Shown piece after piece: positions 22,305 through 34,593 of a stretch of 64,000 nucleotides of DNA; positions within the stretch are counted from its first letter, which is position 1; each line of letters opens with the position of its first letter. The translations under genes and the position numbers were made by a program. The notes under the pieces are model-generated. The model saw only the letters and a program-made list of their open reading frames with translations, had not been told where the DNA came from and did not search any database. The DNA comes from an uncultured Nitrososphaeraceae archaeon (lineage in GTDB: Archaea; Thermoproteota; Nitrososphaeria; Nitrososphaerales; Nitrososphaeraceae), in NCBI GenBank assembly GCA_963765895.1, contig CAVXZB010000084.1:480001-544000 (forward strand). Reading direction: 5' to 3'.

Positions 22305-22546
22305 TACTGTCAACGTAGAGGTGTAAATCTGAAATCCCGCAGGGTCTGGATTCTCTGCTGTGACAGAAGTCTATTTGCGAATACTAAAGCGTTACATGTG
22401 TTGCATCGTAACATAATACGTCTAGTCTTGATAGGCTTGAGCACAGCCATAGCATTGCAAAAAAGACAATACACATATCATTCCCATGAGTTGATAACTG
22501 ACAATTTACTAATGTACAGTATATCATATCTAAGCTATATATAGCA
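22305..22546 (-). repeat. Dispersed repeat family, copy R3 (promoter plus Zn-ribbon ORF)
   Basis: Reverse complement aligns with 47981-48270. Confidence 0.9.
22310..22504 (-). pseudogene. Small Zn-ribbon protein of the repeat family (early TGA; a GTG restart at 22474 would give 54 aa)
   Basis: MSVINSWE*YVYCLFCNAMAVLKPIKTRRIMLRCNTCNALVFANRLLSQQRIQTLRDFRFTPLR*. Confidence 0.7.
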
Positions 22547-22920
22547 CCAAGAGAATTTCGCCGGATAGTCTGGTTGTTTGCTGGTTTTGTGCTGGTTTTA
22601 TGACTGCATGAGATCTTCGCCGGTCTGCCGGCGTGGACAAGAGAAAAAATCCGGTGAGCAGTATAAGATAGAAAAACTTAAGGAAAGTATGATGAGACAT
22701 GAAGTTATCGCCGGCTCCCAAAAAAAGTGCGCAAGCGATCTAAACATATTTCTGGCGTTTAATGCGTTCAGAATGGTTAGATTTCTAGATAACTCACAAA
22801 AAGGAGTAGAGCAGGATATAAGATATGTCAAACCTATCAAATTGTAAGCATCCAGGGCAAAATAAGAAGAGATCAAGCCTAGTGAACAAGACGTCAGTGT
22901 TCAGATACTTTAGTAGATAG

Positions 22921-23208
22921 ATGAAGAAACAAATGAAGAATAATGCTAAAATCATAGGATTCATAACTGGGGCATTGACCCTGGCCTTTGTGGTACAAAT
23001 ACATGATCTAAATGCAAAATCTGACCACGAATCTCAATTAGCACAAGAAGCCAGATTATTGGCCAAGAGCTTTAGAAATGATGATGCTAAAATAGGCAAA
23101 TGCAGATCCTTATCAGAAAACCCCAATTCAGAGAACGTAACTAGTTGTATTGAGAAGGCAGTAGAATCGAATAATAAAGATCTAGCACTATTGAATAAGG
23201 TCAGTTAA
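22921..23208 (+). CDS. Small exported hypothetical protein with one Cys pair
   Basis: Basic N-terminus, hydrophobic core, 95 aa. Confidence 0.65.
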   Translation: MKKQMKNNAKIIGFITGALTLAFVVQIHDLNAKSDHESQLAQEARLLAKSFRNDDAKIGKCRSLSENPNSENVTSCIEKAVESNNKDLALLNKVS

Positions 23209-23439
23209 TCTAGCTTTGAGATTGTCATCTTGTCTTTGTTCTCCCTGGAGATGTACATCTTTATCATAAAAGCATTATTCTGTTGTAATAGTTAGAAGCG
23301 ATGGCACTTAACGAGTTGATTGTCTGGTGATCTTTACCATTATACATTATTGAGATAGCTATCATATTATTCAAATATTTATCCGTGTTCATTTAGCCTC
23401 ACCTAAGGGATATATCATGGTATGACGCCTTGAAGGTTA

Positions 23440-26064
23440 TTGTCTACTTACAGATGTCCAAATTGTAATTCTTTGAACTCTGTTGATGTTAGTAAAATCT
23501 ATAATGGAGGATTAATATTTGCCTGTGGCAAATGCAGTGTTTGTGGTGTTGTTAAAGCAATTGACGATCACGATGAAGCATATTTAGAATTCTTGGATAT
23601 GTATGACAACGGACAGATCTCTAAATTACAAGATTTAGAATCTTTGTCAAATCGAGAAAAATTCTTACGTCCAAGGTCTGAAATAGAATCTTTGCTAGCC
23701 GATAATAACTTGATGGAAAATGACCTACTCAAGGCAATACTACATTCTAAAAAGGATTATGTTGTTGATTTCCGGGTCTTTCAAGAATCCGCACCCGAAA
23801 CAGGTGACGATCTTGGACTTTTACCTCTAGATGAAGGAATTATTGATGCATTACATGCGAAGAATATCGCGAGGCTTTACAAATTCCAAGAAGAGTCATT
23901 TGAGCAAATTTTAAAGGGAAACGACATTATAATTGTCGCTCCTACTGCTTCTGGTAAAACTGAAGCCTTTTGTATTCCAATAATACAAAAAATCTCTGAG
24001 GAAATTCTACATTTTTCCTCGTTGAGGTACCAAGGCTTTAAAGAAAAGGGAAAGGTGTTTGCTGTTTTTGTATATCCGACTAAAGCATTGGCACGAGATC
24101 AATTGCCAAAAATAACTCAAATCGCAGCAAATTTGGGAATAAACGTGAACATATTTGATGGAGATACTACAATGGCCGAAAGAGAGTCAATAATTAATAA
24201 TTCAGTTCCGGAAATCATTATCACGAATTTTGATGTAATTCATTATCATCTGATTAACAGGACAAGATTTTCACGTATGATTAAAAGTACGAAATTCCTA
24301 GTCGTTGATGAGGTCCATGTCTATACTGGTATATTTGGAGCAAATATTCATCATGTGATAAAAAGACTGCAAAGACTGATTAGATCATCAAGAAACGTGG
24401 AAAAACTCCAGATAATTGCTGCTTCTGCCACTCTGTCAAATCCTAAAGAATTCTGCAAACAACTGTTTGATAGAAAAATGGAAATGGTACAGGGCTTAGG
24501 CAGGAGAGGTAAAATAAACTTCGCCATCATGTTCCCGTCATTACATTCACAAAGGTCATTAATAATAGAATTACTTAAGCAGACCACTGCGAGAAAGCAT
24601 AAAACAATTGCCTTTAGCAAATCGCATTTGTCTTCTGAACTCTTGGCTTTTTATTCATCAAAGCAAGGTATCCCGATAAAAGTACATAGAGCTGGGTTGC
24701 TAACTGTGGTGAGAAAGTCTGTCGAAGAATCTTTTAAGACTGGTAAATTAATGGCTATCTCTGCTACTCCAACGTTGGAACTAGGTATAGATATTGGGGA
24801 TATAGACGTAGTAATTTCAGATATCGTACCTGTTAATAGGCTGATTCAAAGGTTGGGAAGAGCCGCAAGAAGTGGCCAGGATGGGTATGCTTTTCTTGCT
24901 TTAGGTAACGATCCAATAAGCCAATATTACAAACTACATCCTGATGATTATTTACAGGATCAAGAATTTGCGTATACTGATCCCAGTAACCCATTTGTAA
25001 TGGAGTATCAAGTTCTTGCAATGGCATGCGACAAGCCAATATCTATGTCGGAGTCGCCTTCAATTATTTCTACACTTCACAAGCTTATCTCAAAGGATCT
25101 TATCAAGTTGTCAAATGGCAAGTTCGTACCTAATTATAAAAAAGCTATGGAGGTCCTTAGAGAATTTAGTATTAGGGGGATTGGATCCAAGGTGGGGATA
25201 ACCTACAGTGGAAAATTAATAGGCGAACGTCAGATGCCTCAAGCAATAGAAGAACTCCATGATCATGCCATATATTTTTTGGCTGGAAGAAGATATCTTG
25301 TTCAAAAGCTATATTTTAGTAATAATAAGCAAGATAGTAAAATTCAACTACGGGAACAACTACCAGTGCCTTACGCGGATCTGAAATCTATTCCCTATGA
25401 CTATCCATACTATACAAAAGCAATTGTTAATGAGTTTCCTACTATTCTGGAAATTCACAATCAAAAAACCACGTTCGGTCTGGAAGTTCTATATTGCTCC
25501 TTAAGGATACAAAAGAAAGTAATCGGCTATTCAAACATAGAAGTTGGCAAAGAAGCATTACAGGGTACAAAAATTATGCTTGAAAATCCTATAGAATTTG
25601 AGTTTATAACTAAAGGATTGGTCTTTAAGGCACCTTTGCCTGAAGCCATAGCGAAATCTGCACTTGATGAGCAATATGTAGAAATGAGTGGTTACCATGC
25701 CTCAGAACATGTCATAATCGAAGGAAGCTCAATGATAACAGGAGGAGCATCTCAGGATTTGGGTGGAATATCACTTGGATCCACAGGTTTGATATTTATA
25801 TATGATGGTAGCGTGGGCGGTAATGGCGCCAGTAGAGCTCTATATGAGAAGTTTGATAAAGCGATTGCACGAGCATTAGATATTTTATCCGGTTGCCCAT
25901 GTATAAGTGAAAGTGGTTGTCCTAGATGTACTTTTTCATACAGATGTGGAAACAATAATGAATATCTGCATAAATCATCTGCTAAAGAAATATTGAATAG
26001 GATAGTGAGTGGGCAGCAAATGCAAATAGGTGATGCAACAATATTAGATAAACCTCTTGTCTGA
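23440..26064 (+). CDS. DEAD/DEAH-box SF2 helicase with DUF1998 (Hrq1/SftH/MrfA-like) and N-terminal Zn ribbon
   Basis: APTASGKT, DEVH, SAT, TLELGIDIG, QRLGRAAR, FIYDG..GG.G, CPC..GCPRC. Confidence 0.95.
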   Translation: MSTYRCPNCNSLNSVDVSKIYNGGLIFACGKCSVCGVVKAIDDHDEAYLEFLDMYDNGQISKLQDLESLSNREKFLRPRSEIESLLADNNLMENDLLKAILHSKKDYVVDFRVFQESAPETGDDLGLLPLDEGIIDALHAKNIARLYKFQEESFEQILKGNDIIIVAPTASGKTEAFCIPIIQKISEEILHFSSLRYQGFKEKGKVFAVFVYPTKALARDQLPKITQIAANLGINVNIFDGDTTMAERESIINNSVPEIIITNFDVIHYHLINRTRFSRMIKSTKFLVVDEVHVYTGIFGANIHHVIKRLQRLIRSSRNVEKLQIIAASATLSNPKEFCKQLFDRKMEMVQGLGRRGKINFAIMFPSLHSQRSLIIELLKQTTARKHKTIAFSKSHLSSELLAFYSSKQGIPIKVHRAGLLTVVRKSVEESFKTGKLMAISATPTLELGIDIGDIDVVISDIVPVNRLIQRLGRAARSGQDGYAFLALGNDPISQYYKLHPDDYLQDQEFAYTDPSNPFVMEYQVLAMACDKPISMSESPSIISTLHKLISKDLIKLSNGKFVPNYKKAMEVLREFSIRGIGSKVGITYSGKLIGERQMPQAIEELHDHAIYFLAGRRYLVQKLYFSNNKQDSKIQLREQLPVPYADLKSIPYDYPYYTKAIVNEFPTILEIHNQKTTFGLEVLYCSLRIQKKVIGYSNIEVGKEALQGTKIMLENPIEFEFITKGLVFKAPLPEAIAKSALDEQYVEMSGYHASEHVIIEGSSMITGGASQDLGGISLGSTGLIFIYDGSVGGNGASRALYEKFDKAIARALDILSGCPCISESGCPRCTFSYRCGNNNEYLHKSSAKEILNRIVSGQQMQIGDATILDKPLV

Positions 26065-26636
26065 TCGATATCAAAATCAAAATCAATTGCAATTCTAAAG
26101 TATTAGGACACTAATATGCTGTAATAATAATATCTCAGAATAAATGATATTCAATATCTTGGCAAGACAAAAAGATGCTTTGCAATGACTAAATAGCCTT
26201 CCAGTTTTTAAAGAATTACATTAATAAATACAGGCAGACACAGTATAGAATTAAGCAAATAACGTAGGGGTTTATGGAGGTCGTCAGAAAATATCAAAAT
26301 TGTATTCGTGCCTTGCGTCTCGATCTCAGAGCCGAGTTTATGTTAAGTCGTGTCTGTCCACAATGAGGATTAGTTCAATAACGAGTTGAATAGACCGTTT
26401 CTTTGATAAATAAGAATGCTATATTCAGATATAATTTCGCATAACGTAGTAGACGCGAAAGCTATCAACGCTACTATTACTCTCATTTTTGTAGATTTGT
26501 AGAATTAGGGTAATGAGAATTGGAATAAGAATTACAATGAGAATAACTGTGGTCTAACCAGTAATCTTAGATTCATTATTGTTATCGGTTTTTCCATCCA
26601 TCTATATGAATATTAGACGATTGATGAATTATTACT

Positions 26637-27095
26637 TTGATGGAGGGGTTTGCACTAAGTAAAGGGGAGGGTTCGCAGATTAACTTTCGTGGTACAAAAA
26701 TGGTTGTCAAGGTCTCTGAGGAAAATTCTGAAGGAAGGTATTCATTAATTGAAATGGTACATCCGCCGAACATAGGTCCTGCATTTCATATTCATCCTAA
26801 TGCATCTGAAGCCTATTATGTGATTGAAGGAGAGTATATAATACGATGTGGCGAAAAGATTTATCATTCCCAAGCTGGTGATTTTGTGTTCATTCCAAAA
26901 GGTGTTCCGCACAATTACCAGTCAGGTCCAAGCGGTGGAAAAGTAATTGTTATTTCACCAGCAGGTTTAGAAAAATACTTTAAGAAAATCGCAGATACTC
27001 TTCAGATTGGTAAGGTTACATGGGAATTAGAACAGGAAATTGCGCGTCGTTACGGCCAAGAATTTCTTGATAGTCTAAACCACTGGGGACAATAA
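26637..27095 (+). CDS. Cupin domain protein (quercetinase-like)
   Basis: GPAFHIHPNASEAYYVIEGE..GDFVFIPKGVPHNY. Confidence 0.9.
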   Translation: MMEGFALSKGEGSQINFRGTKMVVKVSEENSEGRYSLIEMVHPPNIGPAFHIHPNASEAYYVIEGEYIIRCGEKIYHSQAGDFVFIPKGVPHNYQSGPSGGKVIVISPAGLEKYFKKIADTLQIGKVTWELEQEIARRYGQEFLDSLNHWGQ

Positions 27096-27239
27096 TATAA
27101 AGGAATCATCTACTATCATCAGATTTTGCTGCTTTCTGGCTGCAAAAACAGGCTAACATTTGATTAGTAGGAGATCTTATCCTATATTTTTAAAGATAAC
27201 TCAGAGAATTCCTCGTATTACAAATAGTTTTCACCGAAT

Positions 27240-27575
27240 TTGTTATTTCACAGCCAATCTGCGATGATTACCTCTGTCTCAATTTCAAGGTTTCTGGATC
27301 AATCAGACGACTTACCTCTGCCAATGTAGTGGGTTGAATGAATTTGTTTAAGGTACTCTGAATGCGGCTGTCCTTTTCCTAATTCTACCATCATTCCTTT
27401 TGTTTTTAATCAATTTTTGTTTTCTTGGTTTTTCCTTAATTGCAAAAATGATATTTTTTGCAGCTCCTTTTCCTTGTCTTATTGCGTGCTGAGCCGTAGG
27501 AGGATAAGGCTTTCCCGGTATTGGGATCAGTTATAGACGCACAATCACCAAGTGCATAAACACCGTCGTTATAAG
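27240..27575 (-). pseudogene. Remnant of a type-II NADH dehydrogenase-like FAD oxidoreductase
   Basis: GVYALGDCASITDP..KPYPPTAQHAIRQGKGAAKNI..KGMMVELGKR. Confidence 0.75.
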
Positions 27576-28281
27576 GTACTTCTAATTACAATATTTTGAC
27601 ATCCAAATTGGAATATTATTTAGTTTCCTTCTCTCTATAATGAGGAAGAATAAGTGCAAGGGCACCTAATGCAGCATATTCATTTACAAGTATTTGATAT
27701 CCTATTTTCTTCAGTATAGTTTTTTGCCATGTATATCAAATCCTTTATTGTATAGTTGGCATACATATTTTGAGACTTTAGCGATCTTTGCATCTAGTAG
27801 ATAGAGATTGAAACCAGGTTTAAGATCTGCACTGTTTTTATCTACAGGTCTGTCTGCAAGGGAAGCTGTTTTAAGAGTAACACGTTATTAAATTATTGTG
27901 TTTTCGATGGCAAATCCTGAATTTTAGCATTAGCCTGAGCAAATGCCACCATTATCTTCGTTATCGAGAGCACCAAGTTTATTAACCTAATCACTCAGAG
28001 TCTTCCGAAATCCTTAGCATTATCATTATACTCAACCACTATATGCATTTTATAGACGGATCATTATATCGAATGTTAAGTTCTATGACACATGTCCATC
28101 GTAGTTAGGACTGACCCAAATTTGCTCATTATAACGAGTCCCTACAATCATGTTCTTAATCAATTATGACCGTCTATACTATCTCTTTAATCAAGTGGAA
28201 AATACAAAATAATAGAAAATTATACGCATCTAGAGGTTATGAGTCACGGGGGATAGACGCCTTCCTAATTTTAGTAATTGA

Positions 28282-28800
28282 CTACGAGGATTCCTTTGTT
28301 TTCTCAATAGTTGGCGATTTAGTCTCTTGATGCATCTCATTATTAGTAATGTAATCTATGTTTGATGAGTTGGTAGTAGTTGATGAAACGGAAGATGTTG
28401 TTGTTTGTGGTACTGAACCATCATCAACATGAACACTGCTCTCGGGCTTTTTATCGAAGGTGAACCAAGAGTCTCGATCAGAATAATCGTCCTTAGCCAG
28501 ACCTTCACCTAATCCTGATAAAATTCCAGAAGGTATCGGTTGTGATTTGCTGAAAAGATTCGATAAACCCAATAATGCTCCAACTCCACCATGATGCACT
28601 CGTCGGTTAAAAATATAGACTTTTCCTGGGTTTTCTTGAGAATTCCAAGAAGATGTTATCAATTTGGCAATTGAAGAACCTAGTCTAAAAGCTTCTTTGT
28701 TCTTATCAGAGGATTCGTTGTCAGCCTGAGATTTCTTAGTCTCGTTCTGGGAACGGTTTCTAAAAAACATATTATAATCTTCATAGTTATATGGTAGCAT
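28282..28800 (-). CDS. Hypothetical protein
   Basis: 172-aa ORF with RRVHHGGVGALL..DDYSD motif and a Ser/Thr-rich tail. Confidence 0.7.
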   Translation of the reverse strand: MLPYNYEDYNMFFRNRSQNETKKSQADNESSDKNKEAFRLGSSIAKLITSSWNSQENPGKVYIFNRRVHHGGVGALLGLSNLFSKSQPIPSGILSGLGEGLAKDDYSDRDSWFTFDKKPESSVHVDDGSVPQTTTSSVSSTTTNSSNIDYITNNEMHQETKSPTIEKTKESS

Positions 28801-29367
28801 TAGATAATAAAGATATGCTATTGATCTGTGCTGATAATTTGAGGCAATAATTTGCTTGGCGATATTGCAAACCTAATGACGATTAATATGCGTAGTCTAG
28901 AGCGTACTAGCAAATCCAGCGAATGTTTATTCGTTATATATTGCAAATTAATGTTATCTTTCACTAGCAGAATAACGAGAATTGATCACCTTGACTTTCG
29001 TATTTTCTTACATAATATCTTAGTATAGGGATATTATAGTGAGTCTTTATGAAATTTATGACCTAAGTAATTTTATAGGCAGTTCAGTCTTGGTTACGTT
29101 TAGTGCAGATTATATCAAATAGGACGCATTCATAATATGATATTAGTGAATATGTGGTCAATCACTTGTCTGTATTATGTTCTCATATGATCTGTTTATA
29201 GTTTTCAGAAGCGGTATCCGGTTTATGTAAACGTGCTTTCTCTGGGATTTTTAATGTCTACAATAAGCAAATCATCGGTAAAAACATGGATCAACACTTT
29301 CATTCTGCTGTTATTGTGAAAAGTTATGATACGAAACTGATAATAATATTAGATTCTGTTCTAACAC

Positions 29368-30138
29368 ATGTCGGATTCATTAGAGCAGCAGCAACAGCAA
29401 CAACAACCACAGACGCGATTAGGAGTGGTCACAATACATGACGCATGTCCCGCTTTTTCAACAAAGATATTCGAATTGGCTGATGAATTAGAGAGACTAG
29501 ACATAAAATTCAATATTGCATTGGTGCCATTCTTTAATGAAAAGCAAGACCTTCCTCGATTTCCTGAATTTGTTGATAAGATAAAATCCTACGACAACTG
29601 CCAAATTGTTTTGCACGGTCTTTATCATGAGTTGAAAAATGGTCAGTTTGATAACTTCCATGATACAAAAGAAGCAGATGCGGAGGAACAGATACGTGCA
29701 GGGCTAGAGATATTCCACGAAATAGGAATAAACACAGACGTGTTTATACCACCAGCATGGAAATTAAATAATAGCTCAATCAAAGTATTAGAAAAGTTGG
29801 GATTCAAATTAGCAGAAGAGCAAGAAGAATATATATTGCTACTTTCGCAAGGAGAGTTTAAGAAAATAAAGCTGCCAAAGGTTTTAAATTGGGATTCTAC
29901 TGGCTTTCCAGAAAAGAACATTGTAAACATGAGTAGAGATGAAAGAGCCTTCAAGTTGCAAACAGAAGAAAGACCACAAATTATCAGAATAGCTTTGCAT
30001 CCAAGAGACCCGGCTGAAGCAATCAAGGATCAAAAACAGATGATATCTATACTAAAGGATAGTGCTTATGAGATACCCACATATACGGAGCTTGTACCCA
30101 AGTTACAAAAATTAGCTCATTTAACAGAACTGAATTGA
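29368..30138 (+). CDS. DUF2334 / polysaccharide deacetylase-like protein
   Basis: VTIHDACP, IVLHGLYH, FIPPAW, RIALHPRD. Confidence 0.9.
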   Translation: MSDSLEQQQQQQQPQTRLGVVTIHDACPAFSTKIFELADELERLDIKFNIALVPFFNEKQDLPRFPEFVDKIKSYDNCQIVLHGLYHELKNGQFDNFHDTKEADAEEQIRAGLEIFHEIGINTDVFIPPAWKLNNSSIKVLEKLGFKLAEEQEEYILLLSQGEFKKIKLPKVLNWDSTGFPEKNIVNMSRDERAFKLQTEERPQIIRIALHPRDPAEAIKDQKQMISILKDSAYEIPTYTELVPKLQKLAHLTELN

Positions 30139-30377
30139 AGAATAATAATAATAATCTTGTTTTATAACTAAAGATAGTAGACTATTCGCCGTCATAATAT
30201 CTATAACCTTAATAGATGCTTATACAGTTATATATTCATAGACTTTGCGCTATGTCCTTCAATACATATAGGACAAAAATATCTCTAGAGATTTTCTTCG
30301 AAAATATCTTTAGTATTGCATTATACATCTGCCAGAAGAGTTCAAACGTTATATTTTAGATAGAACGTTATTAACTA

Positions 30378-30929
30378 TTGACTGTACAAGGAAAGGGCAG
30401 GAAAAAGACTATACTAAGAACTGTTCGTCTAGATAGGCAATTAGATGAAGCTTTAGATAAAGATGCGGAGGAACACGGTATTAGTGAAAATGCGCTTATA
30501 TCTTCAATACTTGCAAAATATATTGAGTGGGATAGATATGCTGAAAAGTTTGGCCGCATTTCTTTGCCAAGTGAGGCTCTGAAAGCAATTATTGAAGCTA
30601 CCGAACAAGATAAGTTAAGAACTGCCGCCGAGGAATTTGCAGCATCAGTTCCCAAGGATTATATCATGTTTCACTACAGGAAATTAGATGTTGAGGCATG
30701 TCTTTTGCACCTGTCGTTTTTAGCTAGATATGCTGGAATGTTCAAATATGAAGTTCAGATAGAACAGGAGAGAAGATACACAGTCACAATTCATCATAAA
30801 TTTGGCGAGAAGTGGTCTTATTGGTTAGAAAAGTCCATTTCTATTGGCCTGTTTAAGAATGTACTAGGAATCCTCCCAAAAACTCATCTGAGTAAGAGTT
30901 CCGTAATATTTACGTTTTTTCTTCCGTAG
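30378..30929 (+). CDS. Putative regulator with N-terminal ribbon-helix-helix-like domain
   Basis: RTVRLDRQLDEALDKDAEEHGISENALISSILAKYIEWD..HHKFGEKWS. Confidence 0.7.
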   Translation: MTVQGKGRKKTILRTVRLDRQLDEALDKDAEEHGISENALISSILAKYIEWDRYAEKFGRISLPSEALKAIIEATEQDKLRTAAEEFAASVPKDYIMFHYRKLDVEACLLHLSFLARYAGMFKYEVQIEQERRYTVTIHHKFGEKWSYWLEKSISIGLFKNVLGILPKTHLSKSSVIFTFFLP

Positions 30930-31195
30930 CAATATACATTTGGCAACTATCAAGCCTCATTGTACCAATATGTTTTTTGGATTCGTGCCCATTAATACTT
31001 AATGAATTAGTAGATCACGGAATTATTATATCTTTGAATACCATCATGCCTCATTTTATGGCATAAGAATTACTAGTAAATTCATGAGATGGAGGACAGA
31101 TATTATTGTCACGATCTTAACGACTCGAATATTTCTTCATATATGGCCCGCTAGGCTCTTCATTTTGCATATTTTATTATCAGAGATATTATTCC

Positions 31196-31843
31196 TCATT
31201 CTTCGATCCCAATAGCGCGTATAGGTGAACCTGAAGCACCTACAAGTTTCAGAGGAGTCATTATGAGCGTAAACTTTTCATTGTTGAATCTGTATAAATT
31301 GCATAAATTTTCTATTACTAGAATTTGATTTGACAGGAGCGTATTATGAGCTATGAGTCCGCTATCAGAACCTACGTCAATGCTCGGACAATCTATTGCT
31401 ACGGCATTAACTTTTTTCTCTACTAGAAATTCCGCCGCGTCCTTTGATAAGCCTGGATTATTTTTCATATAATTGTCCTTTTCATTGATTTGCTTTTCCC
31501 AACCTGTGGATAAGACAACAGTGTCTTTTTCTTTTATCTCCAATTTAGTGTGTTTTCTTATATCATGGCTAGTAATCATTTGATTAGAATTCTTCTCTAT
31601 TTTTATGAGTATGCTATTATTACAAATATACCTATGGACTTCAATTTGATCTATTGTTGGGCCACTAGGGGCGAAATGAAATGGAGCATCCATGTGGGTT
31701 CCCGTATGAGTGCTCAAAAACACGACTTCTGAAATATATCCTTGAATCTCAAATTTTGACCATTTTAGGAACGTAGGTGATGGATATCCAGGGAAGGTTA
31801 TCATATCCGATGTGATTCCAAGTGTAAGATCAACTATTTTCAT
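31196..31843 (-). CDS. Cyclase family (kynurenine formamidase-like) metal hydrolase
   Basis: HTGTHMDAPFHF, IDCPSID, VIENL, GASGSPIRAI. Confidence 0.93.
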   Translation of the reverse strand: MKIVDLTLGITSDMITFPGYPSPTFLKWSKFEIQGYISEVVFLSTHTGTHMDAPFHFAPSGPTIDQIEVHRYICNNSILIKIEKNSNQMITSHDIRKHTKLEIKEKDTVVLSTGWEKQINEKDNYMKNNPGLSKDAAEFLVEKKVNAVAIDCPSIDVGSDSGLIAHNTLLSNQILVIENLCNLYRFNNEKFTLIMTPLKLVGASGSPIRAIGIEE

Positions 31844-31855
31844 GTTTTAGTACGG

Positions 31856-31886
<31 letters not shown>

Positions 31887-33506
31887 TCCTTTTGTCATAA
31901 ACTATCGATCTACATAAGCGCACTATCTAGATTGGCTATCGTATGAAAAGCGAAGTTCATTTTCTATTCGGTTAATTTTTAGAATTGGGCAGACTATGGA
32001 TCGAATCATTTGTATAATATCTTTTACTATAGACAACTGCCAAGTACAAGCTAGACTTTTCCTAAAACTCGAGACGAACATATACTTAACACTTTAGTTT
32101 AATCTTCTATTTGCACGTGGTACTTCATCGGCCAAACTTTTTATGTCCCCAAGACAAGCTACACAAATGAACGACGTCTGCGACAGATATTTGCTAATCG
32201 TTTGGGTATCTTAAAAATTCTCCCTAGAATAGCAGCTTAGATGGTATTGTGTATAATTATACAGTTATATTATGATTAATCACCTTTCAATCCCGAAGCT
32301 TCATGTATTAGGCTAATCTTAAATGATGTTCAAGACTAATTAAAACTAATAAAGGGAGAAATATATTAAAATAAATAAAGCAGAATGAGTGAGAAACCAT
32401 ACTATTAAACTGGAATAAGTATAACATTGAACATAATACGTCTATCGCAACCGGATAAAAAGAGTTAAATGCCGAACAGAAATTTCAAAATATCTATCTT
32501 CATTTGAAGTATCATGAGTAATCCCACTAAAAGTAATAAGGCTGGACATCAACAACATAGAATAAATACTTTAATCAGACATGTGCGAAAAAAATCCCTG
32601 ACTTACCGCTAGCCAACGGGTACGGTTCTATTGTTGGTAATCTAAATATAGACGCCATATGATGTCGTTATCTATACTTTTATTCTCAAATTAGATTCAA
32701 CAAGGAATGATAAAGCAGACTCGGTTTGGCCCAAACATATAATTATGCATAGTTAAGATGGGATTACTAATAGATATTAGTTTACATCACTACTGAAGTC
32801 TATGTCAATTTTGAATTAGACGTAGAAATGCTAGAATGAGATAGAACTGGTAAGGCCAAGTTTCTCTCGTACTTACACCCTCATGACTTTACCACGATTT
32901 AAGAGTTTAGCAGTCTATACCTATTTTTATTAGGCGCAAGCAAATAGGACTGTAAAGGATAGGTACATACAACAGTATTAATCGCAGCTTCTAAAAGTCC
33001 TATTTTAAGAAATTTAATGTACGAAAATGCTTTTATCCCTCTCTCCTCAGCAGTCTCTATACTGATGATGTTCTTGCTGCACCAAATAATGGAATATTAC
33101 CAGTAATAGTAGTTTCAGCTGCAAGTATGGACTATAGAGAAATATCATCAGTAGAAAATCCCTTATGTCGATACAATTATAGCTAGCAGTGTTGGGTACA
33201 TTAAAGTAATCAGTCTAATGTCAGGCTATTAGTTGAAATTATTGCGTTATTTATAACCGTTAAAATCCAGAATCAACTCCACGAGATAATTTAATACAGG
33301 AATTAAATCAAAAACAAATGTAATCGTAATAGCAACAGATGTTGACTCTGACCGTAGATAGAAATAGGCAGTCGGGATCTCCTGCATGTTTTTGATTGAT
33401 TGCAGTAAAGATATACTAATATTTCGTATATTTTGATTATTTTGCACATATCTAAGCAGTAATATTTATCTTACCTGATACCCCTTAATTAGGTGCTAGA
33501 AAACAT

Positions 33507-34368
33507 ATGACTGAAGCGAAGCAGTACGCACATCCAGAAGTGTTAGTTGACATACCATGGGTTGAAAATCATCTCAATGATCCAAATATCAGAATCGTTG
33601 AAGTAGATTATGACCCTGTGGCAAACTATGAATTAGGACATATTCCTGGTTCAGTATTAGTAAACTGGAAGCATGATATAAACGATCCTGTAAATAGAAA
33701 CGTTTTAAACAAACAAGCTTACGAACAGCTGATGCAAAGAATTGGAGTCAATAATGATACAACTCTTGTTTTGTATGGAGATTTCAATAATTGGTTTGCA
33801 GCATTTGCGTTTTGGGTATTCAAGTATTACGGATATAGAGATGTCAGAATTTTAAATGGTGGCAGAAAGAAATGGTTAGCGGAAGACAAGCCTGTGACAA
33901 AAGAGATTCCCAGCTATCATCAAAGGGAGTTTTAAGCTAGACCTACAGTCAGAGCCTGACAAAAATATTAGAACATTTCTTAATTATGTGCGTAATACGC
34001 TCGGAACAACTACACTGATAGATGTCAGAAGCCCAAAAGAATTTACAGGAGAAATTACAGCGCCTCCAGAATATCCTACAGAACATGCTCAGAGAGGAGG
34101 TCACATACCTAATGCTATCAATATCCCATGGGCTCAGGCCGTAAATGATGCGGATGGAACGTTCAAGTCAGTTGAAGAATTAAGAAAATTATATGAATCT
34201 AAGGGTATAACTCCGGACAAGGAAGTCATAACTTACTGCAGAATCGGTGAAAGATCCTCACATACCTGGTTTGTTCTTTCGTATTTGCTAGGATATCCCA
34301 ATGTGAAAAATTATGACGGATCGTGGACAGAATGGGGAAATATGATAGACAATCCTATAGAGAAGTAG
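33507..34368 (+). pseudogene. Tandem-domain rhodanese / thiosulfate sulfurtransferase, one frameshift near 33920
   Basis: GHIPGS..LYGDFNNWFAA..LNGGRKKW / [38 protein letters not shown]; linker KGSFKLDL is in the second frame. Confidence 0.9.
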
Positions 34369-34593
34369 AGATTTAAATGGAGGCACATAAAATCTAAAAT
34401 GATTCACATTTTATTTTTTATTTCTTTGATTCTCTAATTTGTGAGTAGCTGATCATACTAGGATCCAAACAGTACACTAACAAACAAACTAATCATAACG
34501 GCAGATGAGGTTTAGCTCAGTTGGTTGAGGTTAGATTTAACAGTGGTTAATCAAAACTCAAATAGCAAACACTTCCTTCTGAACTACTAAGCC

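Noticed and set aside
22530-22876. Overlapping short ORFs on both strands
   Set aside because: No recognisable motifs; probably decayed sequence, noted only for its GCCGG-type motifs
23440-26064. DUF1998 helicase as a DISARM/Druantia-type defence system
   Set aside because: No partner genes nearby; consistent with a stand-alone Hrq1/SftH repair helicase
34505-34560. tRNA-like GGTTTAGCTCAGTTGGTTGAG
   Set aside because: Resembles a D-arm only; no anticodon arm, T-loop or acceptor stem follows
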